Shown piece after piece: positions 32,881 through 41,612 of a DNA stretch of 64,000 bases. The stretch's first letter is position 1, and every line of letters starts with the position of its first letter. Origin of the DNA: Candidatus Poribacteria bacterium (GTDB lineage Bacteria; Poribacteria; WGA-4E; WGA-3G); assembly GCA_963663765.2 (NCBI GenBank), contig CAXXUA010000007.1:1-64000 (forward strand), given 5' to 3'. Position numbers and translations under genes: made by a program. The notes below the pieces were generated by a model that saw only the letters and a program-made list of their open reading frames with translations, searched no databases and was not told the origin of the DNA.

Positions 32881-33677
32881 CCTTTTCCTAAGTTGTTTAT
32901 TTTTTCGAAGTTCCAAGCAGGTGTAGAATATTTTGTATTTTCCAATGTCTCTGCTTGTGCAATTTCTTCAAACATCAGTCTGTCTTTTTTAAATGTATAC
33001 CCAACTTCATTGGTTTCACAGATTGCTGTGATTAAGGATTTTTTGGTGATAAAACGTCCATTTGTGTTAATTGCAGAGGATTTTTCTGACAATATCTGTT
33101 GTGCCATCGGATTTTTTGATACATGTTTTAGGATGTGTTTGGGTGGTATGTCTAATGAAATATATCCTTGAAACATGATACCGTTTCTGTTGCGTCTGAC
33201 CGACACACCTGCGAGTTTCTTACCGTTGCACATGACATCGTTTTCGGCAGGATTTGTCAAACAGATATTTTCAGTTGATGTAGTTGAACTTTCATTATAA
33301 CATTCTGCTGGTATGTTGAGTTTTTGGAATGCTCTAACCAGACCTTTGCCGATCAATTTGTATGTTTCAGAAACAGGGTATTCTCCCGATTTGCGTGGGA
33401 GAATCAGTGTATACGTCAAATCCCATCCATGCACGACGGTGCCCCCGCCAGTCATCCGTTTCACCAATTCAATACCCTCTGAACGGCATGCTTCAACGTC
33501 AACTTCAGAGGAAATATCTTGAAAGTACCCGAAGCTGAATGCTGGTTTTGTCCAATCGTAAAACCGTAGTGTTGGGTTGTCTTGGCAGTTCTGCGCGATG
33601 AGAATTGCTTCGTCAATTGCCATATTCATGGCTGCGCAGTTTTTGTCCATTTCTATTAGGCGTCCAGTCATTTTCAT
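32877..33677 (-). CDS. Lipoate-protein ligase A / LipM-type protein
   Basis: NMAIDEA, PTLRFYDW, VKRMTGGGTVVH, GKKLAG. Confidence 0.9.
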   Translation of the reverse strand: MKMTGRLIEMDKNCAAMNMAIDEAILIAQNCQDNPTLRFYDWTKPAFSFGYFQDISSEVDVEACRSEGIELVKRMTGGGTVVHGWDLTYTLILPRKSGEYPVSETYKLIGKGLVRAFQKLNIPAECYNESSTTSTENICLTNPAENDVMCNGKKLAGVSVRRNRNGIMFQGYISLDIPPKHILKHVSKNPMAQQILSEKSSAINTNGRFITKKSLITAICETNEVGYTFKKDRLMFEEIAQAETLENTKYSTPAWNFEKINNLGKG

Positions 33678-34324
33678 TTGGGATATGCTATCCGACAGAC
33701 AGCAGTTGTATGTGCATCACAATACCAGAAATATCCATCCCAGTAGGTCATGCCGTGCGGTTCAGGATGTGGTTCAGGTATTTCTATTTTATTACTAAGG
33801 CTGCCATTTTCTGTATTGAGTTGATATATCGCGCGATGATTGGTTTCAACGCACCAAAGTTCATCTGCGATCCAAGCGATTCCGTGGGGTCTGTCTCCAG
33901 GTGCAGGAAATGAATGCATTACTGTGAAATCGTTTTCAACATCAATTTGATAGATTGTTGCAGATGGCGGTACTGCCATCCAGAGTTTGTTATCACGCCA
34001 TTCCAGGCCGTGCGCGCCTGTCTGTCCTGCACCGGGTGTATCATAAGATGCAAGTGTCTTGCCGTTTTCTGGGTCAGTCAGCAGGATTTCACAACTATAG
34101 GTAGACGCAAGCCAAAGGTTTGTGCCAGTGTGTGTAATGCCGCTGCCTTTGTCGGAGTCGGTTGCAAGTGTCTTTTTTACTGTCCCATCATAAGAGACTA
34201 AATGCACCTCGTCTGTTTGTTGGTCGAGTATCCAGAGTCCTTCTTTGATGGCTTGCATACCGTTGGGTTGTGGTCCTGGCGCGTCAAACATTTTTTCGAT
34301 ATTTGGCATGTGATGTCTCCGCAT
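33674..34324 (-). CDS. Small beta-propeller protein (glutaminyl cyclase/Vgb-like)
   Basis: Repeats PGPQPNGM, GAHGLEW, RPHGIAW, EPHGMTY. Confidence 0.7.
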   Translation of the reverse strand: MRRHHMPNIEKMFDAPGPQPNGMQAIKEGLWILDQQTDEVHLVSYDGTVKKTLATDSDKGSGITHTGTNLWLASTYSCEILLTDPENGKTLASYDTPGAGQTGAHGLEWRDNKLWMAVPPSATIYQIDVENDFTVMHSFPAPGDRPHGIAWIADELWCVETNHRAIYQLNTENGSLSNKIEIPEPHPEPHGMTYWDGYFWYCDAHTTAVCRIAYPK

Positions 34325-34348
34325 ATGGATGTCTTGTTTCGGTTCATT

Positions 34349-34477
34349 TTATACGGTAATAGGTGAGGTGTCAATGGTATTATTGATATCGTTTGTTGGG
34401 TTCGCGAAAATTAGATTTTGCCTATCTCTGATGGTTAAAGTTGAAAAACATCGATCGGCAAATAACCTCAATCTCAT
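34349..34477 (-). pseudogene. Possible truncated DUF5615 (PIN-like toxin) remnant
   Basis: TAATG overlap with DUF433 stop; MRLRLFADRC start; stops after 42 aa. Confidence 0.5.
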
Positions 34478-34701
34478 TAAGCGACTTCCTCAAATTCTGC
34501 TAACTCACGAGCATAATCCAGACAAGCATGAATGTGCATTACTTTTAGGTCAGGAAATTCTGCAATAATTTCATGTGCTGTATATCCTGCTGCCAAGTAT
34601 CCAAGTAAGAGACTAACTGGAATCTGCGTGCCTTTTATCCGCGGTTTTCCCCGTAATATCTCTAATGTGCTAATAATATGATCTCTCCAATTAATTGGCA
34701 T
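34477..34701 (-). CDS. DUF433 family putative antitoxin
   Basis: GKPRIKGTQIPV, EIIAEFPDL, IHACLDYA. Confidence 0.9.
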   Translation of the reverse strand: MPINWRDHIISTLEILRGKPRIKGTQIPVSLLLGYLAAGYTAHEIIAEFPDLKVMHIHACLDYARELAEFEEVA

Positions 34702-34794
34702 GTGATTTTTTCCTATTCTGTTGTGAAGTTACCGTGTTTTAGAGCATTCGGAGTTTCGCATACAAGAACCAAATCTATGTTTTATCAAAGCCTG

Positions 34795-35037
34795 TTAACG
34801 TTCTCGCTTAGCATAGCCTGGTTGATAGTCGTTGATGAATCTTGTTAATCCTTCTCCTTCTTTCGCCAATTCTTTCATCTCCTCAACGTCATCCTTACCT
34901 GCACTCTCATAAGTATACAGATAGATTCTACCGCTCGTAAACTGGATTCTGATAAATTTAGCTCCCGCTTCATAAGCAGCGATTCCCGAATTTCCATGAA
35001 GATTACCATATCGTTTCATGCGTTTTTTCTTTTGCAT
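34795..35037 (-). CDS. Small KTSC-like protein
   Basis: SGIAAYE, IRIQF, YLYTY, GLTRFIN; AGGAG RBS. Confidence 0.65.
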   Translation of the reverse strand: MQKKKRMKRYGNLHGNSGIAAYEAGAKFIRIQFTSGRIYLYTYESAGKDDVEEMKELAKEGEGLTRFINDYQPGYAKRER

Positions 35038-35118
35038 GGGTTTCCTCCTATGTGAGAACTATAGTTTCGTCTATTATAGCACATTCGAAACTTTTTGTTA
35101 GATGAAATTACTCATTTT

Positions 35119-35399
35119 TAGGGTTATTTAGTTTTAAGAGTATTCTGTTATTGAGATTTACTGAAAGTTAATACCCCAGGCCGGTAGGTGCGGTTAGAAA
35201 CCGCACCGAATCCTAATAGGGAAAGTTGCCATGAAGGTTTTTGATCCAAATTCAGCAGAATACGCCAAATCAACGGTATGAATGTTATATAGCATTCCCC
35301 GTTTGGTATTCTGCATTGGTTAGAAACCGCAACTACCAGCATGGAATATATAGCATGTGTTAAAAATTCGCAAGAAATACCTGAAACTAAATAACCCTG
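35119..35399. mobile_element. CAGGG-ended (ISAs1-like) MITE with REP pair and hairpin cargo
   Basis: 15-bp perfect IR AGGGTTATTTAGTTT; 9-bp direct repeat ACTCATTTT (35110-35118, 35400-35408). Confidence 0.8.
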
Positions 35400-35412
35400 A
35401 CTCATTTTGGGT

Positions 35413-35835
35413 TTACGGGCAAGTGTCCTTGGTTAGCAAGTGTTTATGTGATTTTGTTTTGTATACTTTTCCTTGAGATACATGCACCTTAAAATCTGCA
35501 ATCAATTTATTATCTTTGGAGATCAAAACTTTTACTTCCGCAATGAGTGCTAATGCAATAATGTGCGGATCGTCTGATTTAATTTCGTCTTTTATTTTAT
35601 CATTTTTTTCTTGCACATCTTGGGCTAATACTAATTTGAGTTTACCCCTTCTTTGCAGTTGTCTTCTTAACGTGTACCCACCTCCTTTATCCCATTCCTT
35701 TCTAAATTTCTCGGTATCAGAGTAAACAATTTTGCCGTTTTTTCTTTCTAACCACTGGTGCACAAACTTCAGATCTTCATCAACTGGATCCTTTTTAAAT
35801 CTACCAATCAAATTAACATCTAAAATAGCACACAT
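35413..35835 (-). CDS. PIN-domain nuclease
   Basis: AILDVN, SDDPHIIALA, LISKD acidic motifs; starts 2 bp after the ATPase stop. Confidence 0.8.
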   Translation of the reverse strand: MCAILDVNLIGRFKKDPVDEDLKFVHQWLERKNGKIVYSDTEKFRKEWDKGGGYTLRRQLQRRGKLKLVLAQDVQEKNDKIKDEIKSDDPHIIALALIAEVKVLISKDNKLIADFKVHVSQGKVYKTKSHKHLLTKDTCP

Positions 35836-35837
35836 AG

Positions 35838-37169
35838 TTAATCCTCAAAACCCATGAGTCGGTTAGTTTCTTTTAAGAAAAATTTACCATAATGTGGCGG
35901 CACACCTACCATATTTGCCATTTTGTCAAAACCGATATTATGCACCTTTACGATATTTCCCTTTGGTTCAAAGTAGATTAGGGATACATCTTCAGGTTTG
36001 ATGTTTCCTTTTCTTATTTCAATGCGTGCACGGTCAATCATGTAATCACTGTGTGTCTCAATTATGAATGACCTATTCCCTTGGCTTGTAAAGTTTGCTA
36101 ATAAAGAAGATAGTTCTGCTTGTGCCCTTGGATGCAAGTGCACCTCTGGCTGTTGTAATAAGAAATAAGACATATCCTCATAATCAGGTTGAGTCCTCTT
36201 GCGAATACCGTGATTTAGTATTTGCACCAAAATTGGCAAAATTTGGCTGACACCGTAGCCGACATCGATTATATTTGAAGTAGGTCCTCGGACCTTGAAT
36301 TGTAATTGGAATGGTCCGCCAAGAGATCGTCCAAAGTTTTTTATTTTTATGTCTTGGAAGAGTCCAGAACTTATCCCAAATTCGATTAGTTGTTGTTTTA
36401 GTATTTCCCATTCCTTTTTTTCAGTCGCCTCTATTCGCATTAGTAGCATCGGGACATCACTGCCTTCTGGATCATCAAATTCCCGTGTTGGATCGTAAGT
36501 ACGTTTAGGTCGTGATCTAATCGGCGATGTACTAAATACAGATAAACTACCAAAGGAATCCCACGGTCGGTAATCACCTGTTCCTATATAGTGATTCTTT
36601 TTACTTAGATATTCCTCTAAGGCAATTTCTGCATCAGATTCATCTCTGAAATGGAGTGAAAGTATTTTAATATAAGGTGGAGTTAAGGTATCAGTTCCAC
36701 AAATTATTTGATATTGATTTCGTTTTTTATCATAAGAGGCTAAACGCACAGTCTTTGCGATTTGTTGTCCAGTTTCAAGAATGACTTCACCATCAACGAA
36801 TTTCACTCTTATTGAACTAACAGTCGGCTCAATTCCTCCTTTTTTCTCAACAAATTCAACTGTCACTTCAACATTTTCATTACTATATCTACCTGCAAAA
36901 CTATATCTACCCGTAAACCCGAGCTTAAAATATTTTTCTTTTTTCTTACTATTTCTGACAATATCTCGGTAGGTTCCCAGTGAGTAGGGATAAGGATTAA
37001 TATCTAACTCTCCATGTCGTAAATAATTTGCTAATACATGAAAACATGCAAGTGTAGTCGTCTTACCGGTGCTGTTTTCTCCAACCAAGAAGGTTAACGG
37101 GCGGATTTCAAGTGTTTGCCGTCCAGCAAAACAACGGACCTCTTCCATTGTAAATTGTGTAATGCTCAT
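35838..37169 (-). CDS. ABC-type/AAA_21 ATPase with DUF3696-like C-terminus
   Basis: GENSTGKT, DVGYGVSQILP, LLQQPEVHLHP, IIETHS. Confidence 0.9.
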   Translation of the reverse strand: MSITQFTMEEVRCFAGRQTLEIRPLTFLVGENSTGKTTTLACFHVLANYLRHGELDINPYPYSLGTYRDIVRNSKKKEKYFKLGFTGRYSFAGRYSNENVEVTVEFVEKKGGIEPTVSSIRVKFVDGEVILETGQQIAKTVRLASYDKKRNQYQIICGTDTLTPPYIKILSLHFRDESDAEIALEEYLSKKNHYIGTGDYRPWDSFGSLSVFSTSPIRSRPKRTYDPTREFDDPEGSDVPMLLMRIEATEKKEWEILKQQLIEFGISSGLFQDIKIKNFGRSLGGPFQLQFKVRGPTSNIIDVGYGVSQILPILVQILNHGIRKRTQPDYEDMSYFLLQQPEVHLHPRAQAELSSLLANFTSQGNRSFIIETHSDYMIDRARIEIRKGNIKPEDVSLIYFEPKGNIVKVHNIGFDKMANMVGVPPHYGKFFLKETNRLMGFED

Positions 37170-37191
37170 GATAATATCACGGAAAGACAGA

Positions 37192-37411
37192 ATTGCGAGT
37201 TTCCAGCGCGCTTACAAAGCACGCCTACCGTTGCGCATGAACCAATATTGCGAGTTTCCAGCGCGCTTACAAAGCACGTCTACCATTTGCACGTGAACCA
37301 ATATTGCGAGTTTCCAGCGCGCTTACAAAGCACGTCTACCATTTGCACGTGAACCAATATTGCGAGTTTCCAGCGCGCTTACAAAGCACGTCTACCATTT
37401 GCACGTGAACC
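37192..37411 (-). repeat. Tandem array of about four 56-bp units, no spacers
   Basis: Three identical units at 37244, 37300, 37356 plus one variant at 37192-37243; each has GTAG + hairpin CGTGCTT-TGT-AAGCGCG on the minus strand. Confidence 0.95.
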
Positions 37412-37418
37412 TATTTAA

Positions 37419-37427
37419 AGTATAGCA
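37419..37427 (-). promoter_or_regulatory. Extended -10 promoter TGCTATACT
   Basis: TGn-TATACT ends 7 nt before the first repeat; -35 match weak (TTCAGT). Confidence 0.55.
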
Positions 37428-37473
37428 TATTATGTAAGGAAACTGAAGATCATTTTACCTACAGTATGGTTGC

Positions 37474-40053
37474 TTAAGATCGTCTCATATCAATGCGGCG
37501 GAGGGCGATGTCTATGAGTAATAGGATTAGGGCTGCGATGAGGAAAGGTCGCCACAGATGTATCCGCAGTGTTACTGGGTTTTCAGGTGTGCGAAATACA
37601 TCTTCAGCGGAAATGTTGAATTTCCCACCAGACACATTTGAGAGCTGCGTGAGAAGTGATTCGTTAGCATTGTGGACAAGATATTCGTCTTGATAGGATA
37701 CAACGGTTCCGGAGACTTGGGTATTGACGATTTCACTCCCTTGTTTTTGTACGATGTTTAAGAAATAGGGACCGACATCTTGTGTTGGAAATTCAAGTTC
37801 ATATTTTCCGGGAGAAGTTTGTGAGATTGCGAGCTGTTTCTTTTTGAGATCAGGACCAATTAGGGAAATATCACTGTCTAACTCGTTCAGAAATTCACCG
37901 TCTTCACTCAATGCGTCAATGGTGAGATGTGCAATTCCCTTATCTTTTGTGATTTGTGCTTGAAAATTACTGAGTGTTGTTTTTCGCATTGTATCACGCA
38001 CGAGTTGTGTCCAAAATTTGCCATAACCCGGCCACTCTAACCAATCAGAAGCCCACCGTGCTTTTGCATCTGAAGTAAAAGCTACAGATTTGCCTAAACC
38101 GTATTGCCAGCTTGCAAGAACAGGATCGCCTCTGTCAGAGACGAGGAAAATCTCTGCAGTGGGTCTTGGTTGCGTAGCCACATATCCGAGTAGGAAGGGG
38201 GCAAGTTCCAAATCTATCCCGTTTAGAACTTGTGTCGGTTTGATGCGTTGCGGTATGAATGGTGTATCAATGATTGCAGACTTAGAAGCAGTGACTGTTT
38301 CTTTTGCGAAAATCTGTGGTACATTGTATGGGTCTTGTGTGAAATAGTCGCGTCCACCACCCCACTTGGCAAGATTCCCCAATAGGTTCATATCTGCACC
38401 AGAACCGATACCGACGGTTGATATTGTGATGCGTTCAGAATGCATTGAATTCGCGATTCCGTACCAGTCTCCACCTTGCGAATGACCATCACTCAGAACG
38501 ATGACGTGTTTAAGTTTCGCAGTTGTTTCGGTAAGTGCATAGTATGCTTGCTGCAATGCAGGATATAGGTTTGTTCCACCACCTGCAGTAATAGAACCGA
38601 CCTGATTTGAGATGAATTGCTTATCGGATGCATCGTGCATTTCAGTGATCCAGAATGGAGATCCGTCAAATGCGATGACACCGATTTTGTCGCGTGGACC
38701 GAGAAGTTCAACAGTTGCGCGTGCTGCTTCTTTTGCTAATTCTATCTTGATCCCACCCATACTGCCTGATTTATCTATCACTAACAGCATGGCTAATGAA
38801 GGTGTTTCTTTTTTCTTTTCGGTATCGGTGCGGACAGGTAGTACCTCTTCAATTGGGGTTTTATAGTATCCACCCAATCCAAAACTGTTTTCACTTCCGA
38901 GCATCATATATCCACCGCCGAGGTCTTGGACATAAGTGCGTATGAGTTCCATCTGTTTCTCACTGAGACGGTTGGCAGGAACATCACTGAAGATGATGAG
39001 TTCGTAGTTTTGGAGATCTGCTAATTCATTAGGGACACCTATGCCGTTACGGACATCCACACGAATCTTTGCTTCCTCAAGTACGCGCATAAGGTATCTG
39101 GTCTGAGACTCGTTTTCGTCAATTAGCAGCACTTTTGGTTTTCCAGAGACAGAAACTATTCCAAGAGCTTTGTTATTGTCGTAGCGTGTATCTTCTGTTG
39201 TTCTGCAAGTTACATCATAGGTCAACGTTCCGCTTTCCATAGATGTTTCCATGAAAACAATGCGATTCTCACCTTCAACGAGTCGAACCTCTTTCTTCGC
39301 AGCTTCAAATTTATTCTTGTATAGTTTGACTTCTGCTATATCCTCGTGATTGCTGTGGATAATTACTTCTAAATTGAAGGGTGCACCTTGTTTGACTTGT
39401 GCAGGAGCGTCAATTCGTTGTACCATGACTTCAGGTGAGTCGCTGGGATAGATAGGTACTGTGTCAATCTGTATGTCAAAGTCCTTTCCCCGTAGCCCTG
39501 TATGAATAGCATCACCTTGGGTTTCAATTCCGTCTGTGATTAGGACAATTCTTTTGTTTGCATTTGCTGGAAAAACACTCCATGCCGTTTCAATTGCTTG
39601 TGCAATATTTGTCGTGTCGCCGACATCCTCATCTTTCTCTAACCAAGTTTTCTTTATGTCTGCGAAATCAATTTTGGCTTCAGATTGTTGTTGATCTTGA
39701 GTATCTGGGGAATTTAGAATCTCTGCATTTTCAGTAAATGCTATAACACCAATTTGCTGATTCCCACTCTGGGATTTGAGTGCTTCATCAACAAATTCCG
39801 TTGATTTTTTCAATCCTTCTTCAGAGATACTGTCAGAAATATCTGTCAAAAACATCACAGCAAGTTTGTTATCCGTCTTTAGGTACTGGAAGTCTACCAC
39901 ACTTAGGATAAGTAGAAGTACTATAATGATTCTGACACATAAACTAACAATTCTCTGCGTCAGTGACAAGTCTACGAGACTGCGACGAAAGCCATAGTAA
40001 AGGACTGGTAATAAAACCAGCAGCAATAGTAAAAATGGGCGTGTTATTTCCAT
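37474..40053 (-). CDS. Membrane protein with two VWA domains and a glutamine amidotransferase-like domain
   Basis: DISDS and DKSGS MIDAS motifs, LITDG, LSDG, QYGLGKSVAFTSD. Confidence 0.85.
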   Translation of the reverse strand: MEITRPFLLLLLVLLPVLYYGFRRSLVDLSLTQRIVSLCVRIIIVLLLILSVVDFQYLKTDNKLAVMFLTDISDSISEEGLKKSTEFVDEALKSQSGNQQIGVIAFTENAEILNSPDTQDQQQSEAKIDFADIKKTWLEKDEDVGDTTNIAQAIETAWSVFPANANKRIVLITDGIETQGDAIHTGLRGKDFDIQIDTVPIYPSDSPEVMVQRIDAPAQVKQGAPFNLEVIIHSNHEDIAEVKLYKNKFEAAKKEVRLVEGENRIVFMETSMESGTLTYDVTCRTTEDTRYDNNKALGIVSVSGKPKVLLIDENESQTRYLMRVLEEAKIRVDVRNGIGVPNELADLQNYELIIFSDVPANRLSEKQMELIRTYVQDLGGGYMMLGSENSFGLGGYYKTPIEEVLPVRTDTEKKKETPSLAMLLVIDKSGSMGGIKIELAKEAARATVELLGPRDKIGVIAFDGSPFWITEMHDASDKQFISNQVGSITAGGGTNLYPALQQAYYALTETTAKLKHVIVLSDGHSQGGDWYGIANSMHSERITISTVGIGSGADMNLLGNLAKWGGGRDYFTQDPYNVPQIFAKETVTASKSAIIDTPFIPQRIKPTQVLNGIDLELAPFLLGYVATQPRPTAEIFLVSDRGDPVLASWQYGLGKSVAFTSDAKARWASDWLEWPGYGKFWTQLVRDTMRKTTLSNFQAQITKDKGIAHLTIDALSEDGEFLNELDSDISLIGPDLKKKQLAISQTSPGKYELEFPTQDVGPYFLNIVQKQGSEIVNTQVSGTVVSYQDEYLVHNANESLLTQLSNVSGGKFNISAEDVFRTPENPVTLRIHLWRPFLIAALILLLIDIALRRIDMRRS

Positions 40054-40193
40054 ATCTGCGTTATTTTCCCATAGAGTAGATTACAAGATTGGTAATCAAG
40101 TTGTTGTTTCATTATAACATATCAACTTTAGGTAGACAATATTAATAGTGTATGTTCAGACTTTTTTGGTTCTTTACACTTTTTATTTTATAT

Positions 40194-41333
40194 TCATCGT
40201 TGTAGATCAGCAATTAGTGTTTCTAAATTGATGTATTTAACTGAAATACCGTTGAATTCCGTAACAAAAGGATGGTCAACATCCTGCGCTATGACATAAT
40301 TTGCACCATCAGGATATTGTCTTCGAAATGCAAGTAATTGGCGTGGTGAAAAACCTGCTTCAGACCATTTACACTCAATTGCTATAGGTTCTTTTCGGTG
40401 GTGTGAAAGAATGAAATCTATTTCGTGTCCTCTTTTATCCCGCCAATATTGAATATCTTGAGTTTGTGTATGTGCTATTATTTCGTTTAGAACAAAATGT
40501 TCCCATAATATACCTAAATCTTCTTGTCGCAGTTGCATCCACCCTTTATGATAGCAGACGAAACCTGTGTCAAATCCATAAACTTTAGGTGCAGCAACAA
40601 TTTCAGTTGAACGACGAGAACTGAAGGGTCTAACGATATGTATTACGTAGGTCGCTTCTAAAACAGACAGATAGTTTGAAATTGTACTACGACTTACTTC
40701 ACAAGGTGCAGCGAAACGGGATGCTTCAAAAACATCACCACTCTGTGTCATCAGTAGTTCAGTAAATTTCTGAAACGAATAACGACGTTCAAGTCGAAAT
40801 AGTTCTTGTATATCTTTTGCCCAATATGCATCTATCCATTCTTGATATTCTTTTTCAGGATATTCTGCTTCAAGAAAATATGGAGGTAACCCACCATGTA
40901 ATAGACGATGTTGCAGATTTTCCTGATTGAAATCGAGCAGGTCGTTAGTTATTATTGGCGTTAACCACAATTCTACCTTGCGTCCAGCAAGTGTGTCCCG
41001 AAATTTTGTACTAGCACCGAGTGTTGATGAACCTGTAGCAACAATATATATTTGTGGATAGTGATCTGACGCAATCTTTAATAGTTCTGATGGGTTTTGC
41101 AAACGGTGTATTTCATCAAGGACTATTCTTCCGCTTCTGATGTTGTTCAGAAACCCTTGCGGGTCTTCCATCAATCGTCTGACACGAGGCAGTTCACAAT
41201 CAAAATACTCAATCTCAGGAATTGTTTGACACAAGCAGGTTTTTCCAACCCTTCGTACACCAGATAACCACACGACTGACCGTCGTTCCCAAGCAGCTTC
41301 AATACGATTTAACCAGAATTCTCGTTTTATCAT
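40194..41333 (-). CDS. AAA_14 ATPase with DUF4143 domain
   Basis: GVRRVGKT, LDEIH, ATGSS, PKVYGFDTG, EIDF...IECK. Confidence 0.9.
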   Translation of the reverse strand: MIKREFWLNRIEAAWERRSVVWLSGVRRVGKTCLCQTIPEIEYFDCELPRVRRLMEDPQGFLNNIRSGRIVLDEIHRLQNPSELLKIASDHYPQIYIVATGSSTLGASTKFRDTLAGRKVELWLTPIITNDLLDFNQENLQHRLLHGGLPPYFLEAEYPEKEYQEWIDAYWAKDIQELFRLERRYSFQKFTELLMTQSGDVFEASRFAAPCEVSRSTISNYLSVLEATYVIHIVRPFSSRRSTEIVAAPKVYGFDTGFVCYHKGWMQLRQEDLGILWEHFVLNEIIAHTQTQDIQYWRDKRGHEIDFILSHHRKEPIAIECKWSEAGFSPRQLLAFRRQYPDGANYVIAQDVDHPFVTEFNGISVKYINLETLIADLQR

Positions 41334-41339
41334 ACATGA

Positions 41340-41422
41340 ATCGTATCGTATAGTGCTACTATATGTCAAGTCTATTTGCATATAGTAGCACTATTTGTAA
41401 AGTCTACTTGCATATAGTAACA
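41340..41422 (-). promoter_or_regulatory. Promoter (TTGACA-18-TACGAT) overlapped by a 16-bp perfect inverted repeat
   Basis: ATAGTGCTACTATATG (41350-41365) / CATATAGTAGCACTAT (41379-41394); direct repeat AAGTCTAYTTGCATATAGTA. Confidence 0.6.
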
Positions 41423-41612
41423 AAATATATGTCTTTTCTAAACATAGATTTTTCAAAAAAGTTACCAAATGGACACTTTTTTCGTTTTTTTGGCAACATT
41501 GCAAAACCGATAGTAAACATAGTCATCGTAAGGGTTTATAGGTGTTTTTTTCGTAAATTTCCAAATTTAAAAAATATTTTCATAATGTGTAACATTTTTC
41601 TCTATGGTTTAT

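Noticed and set aside
37069-37352. Short ORFs with repeated YCEFPARLQST
   Set aside because: By-products of translating the 56-bp array; unit length is not a multiple of 3
37192-37411. CRISPR array
   Set aside because: Units are contiguous and identical with no unique spacers; no cas genes in the window
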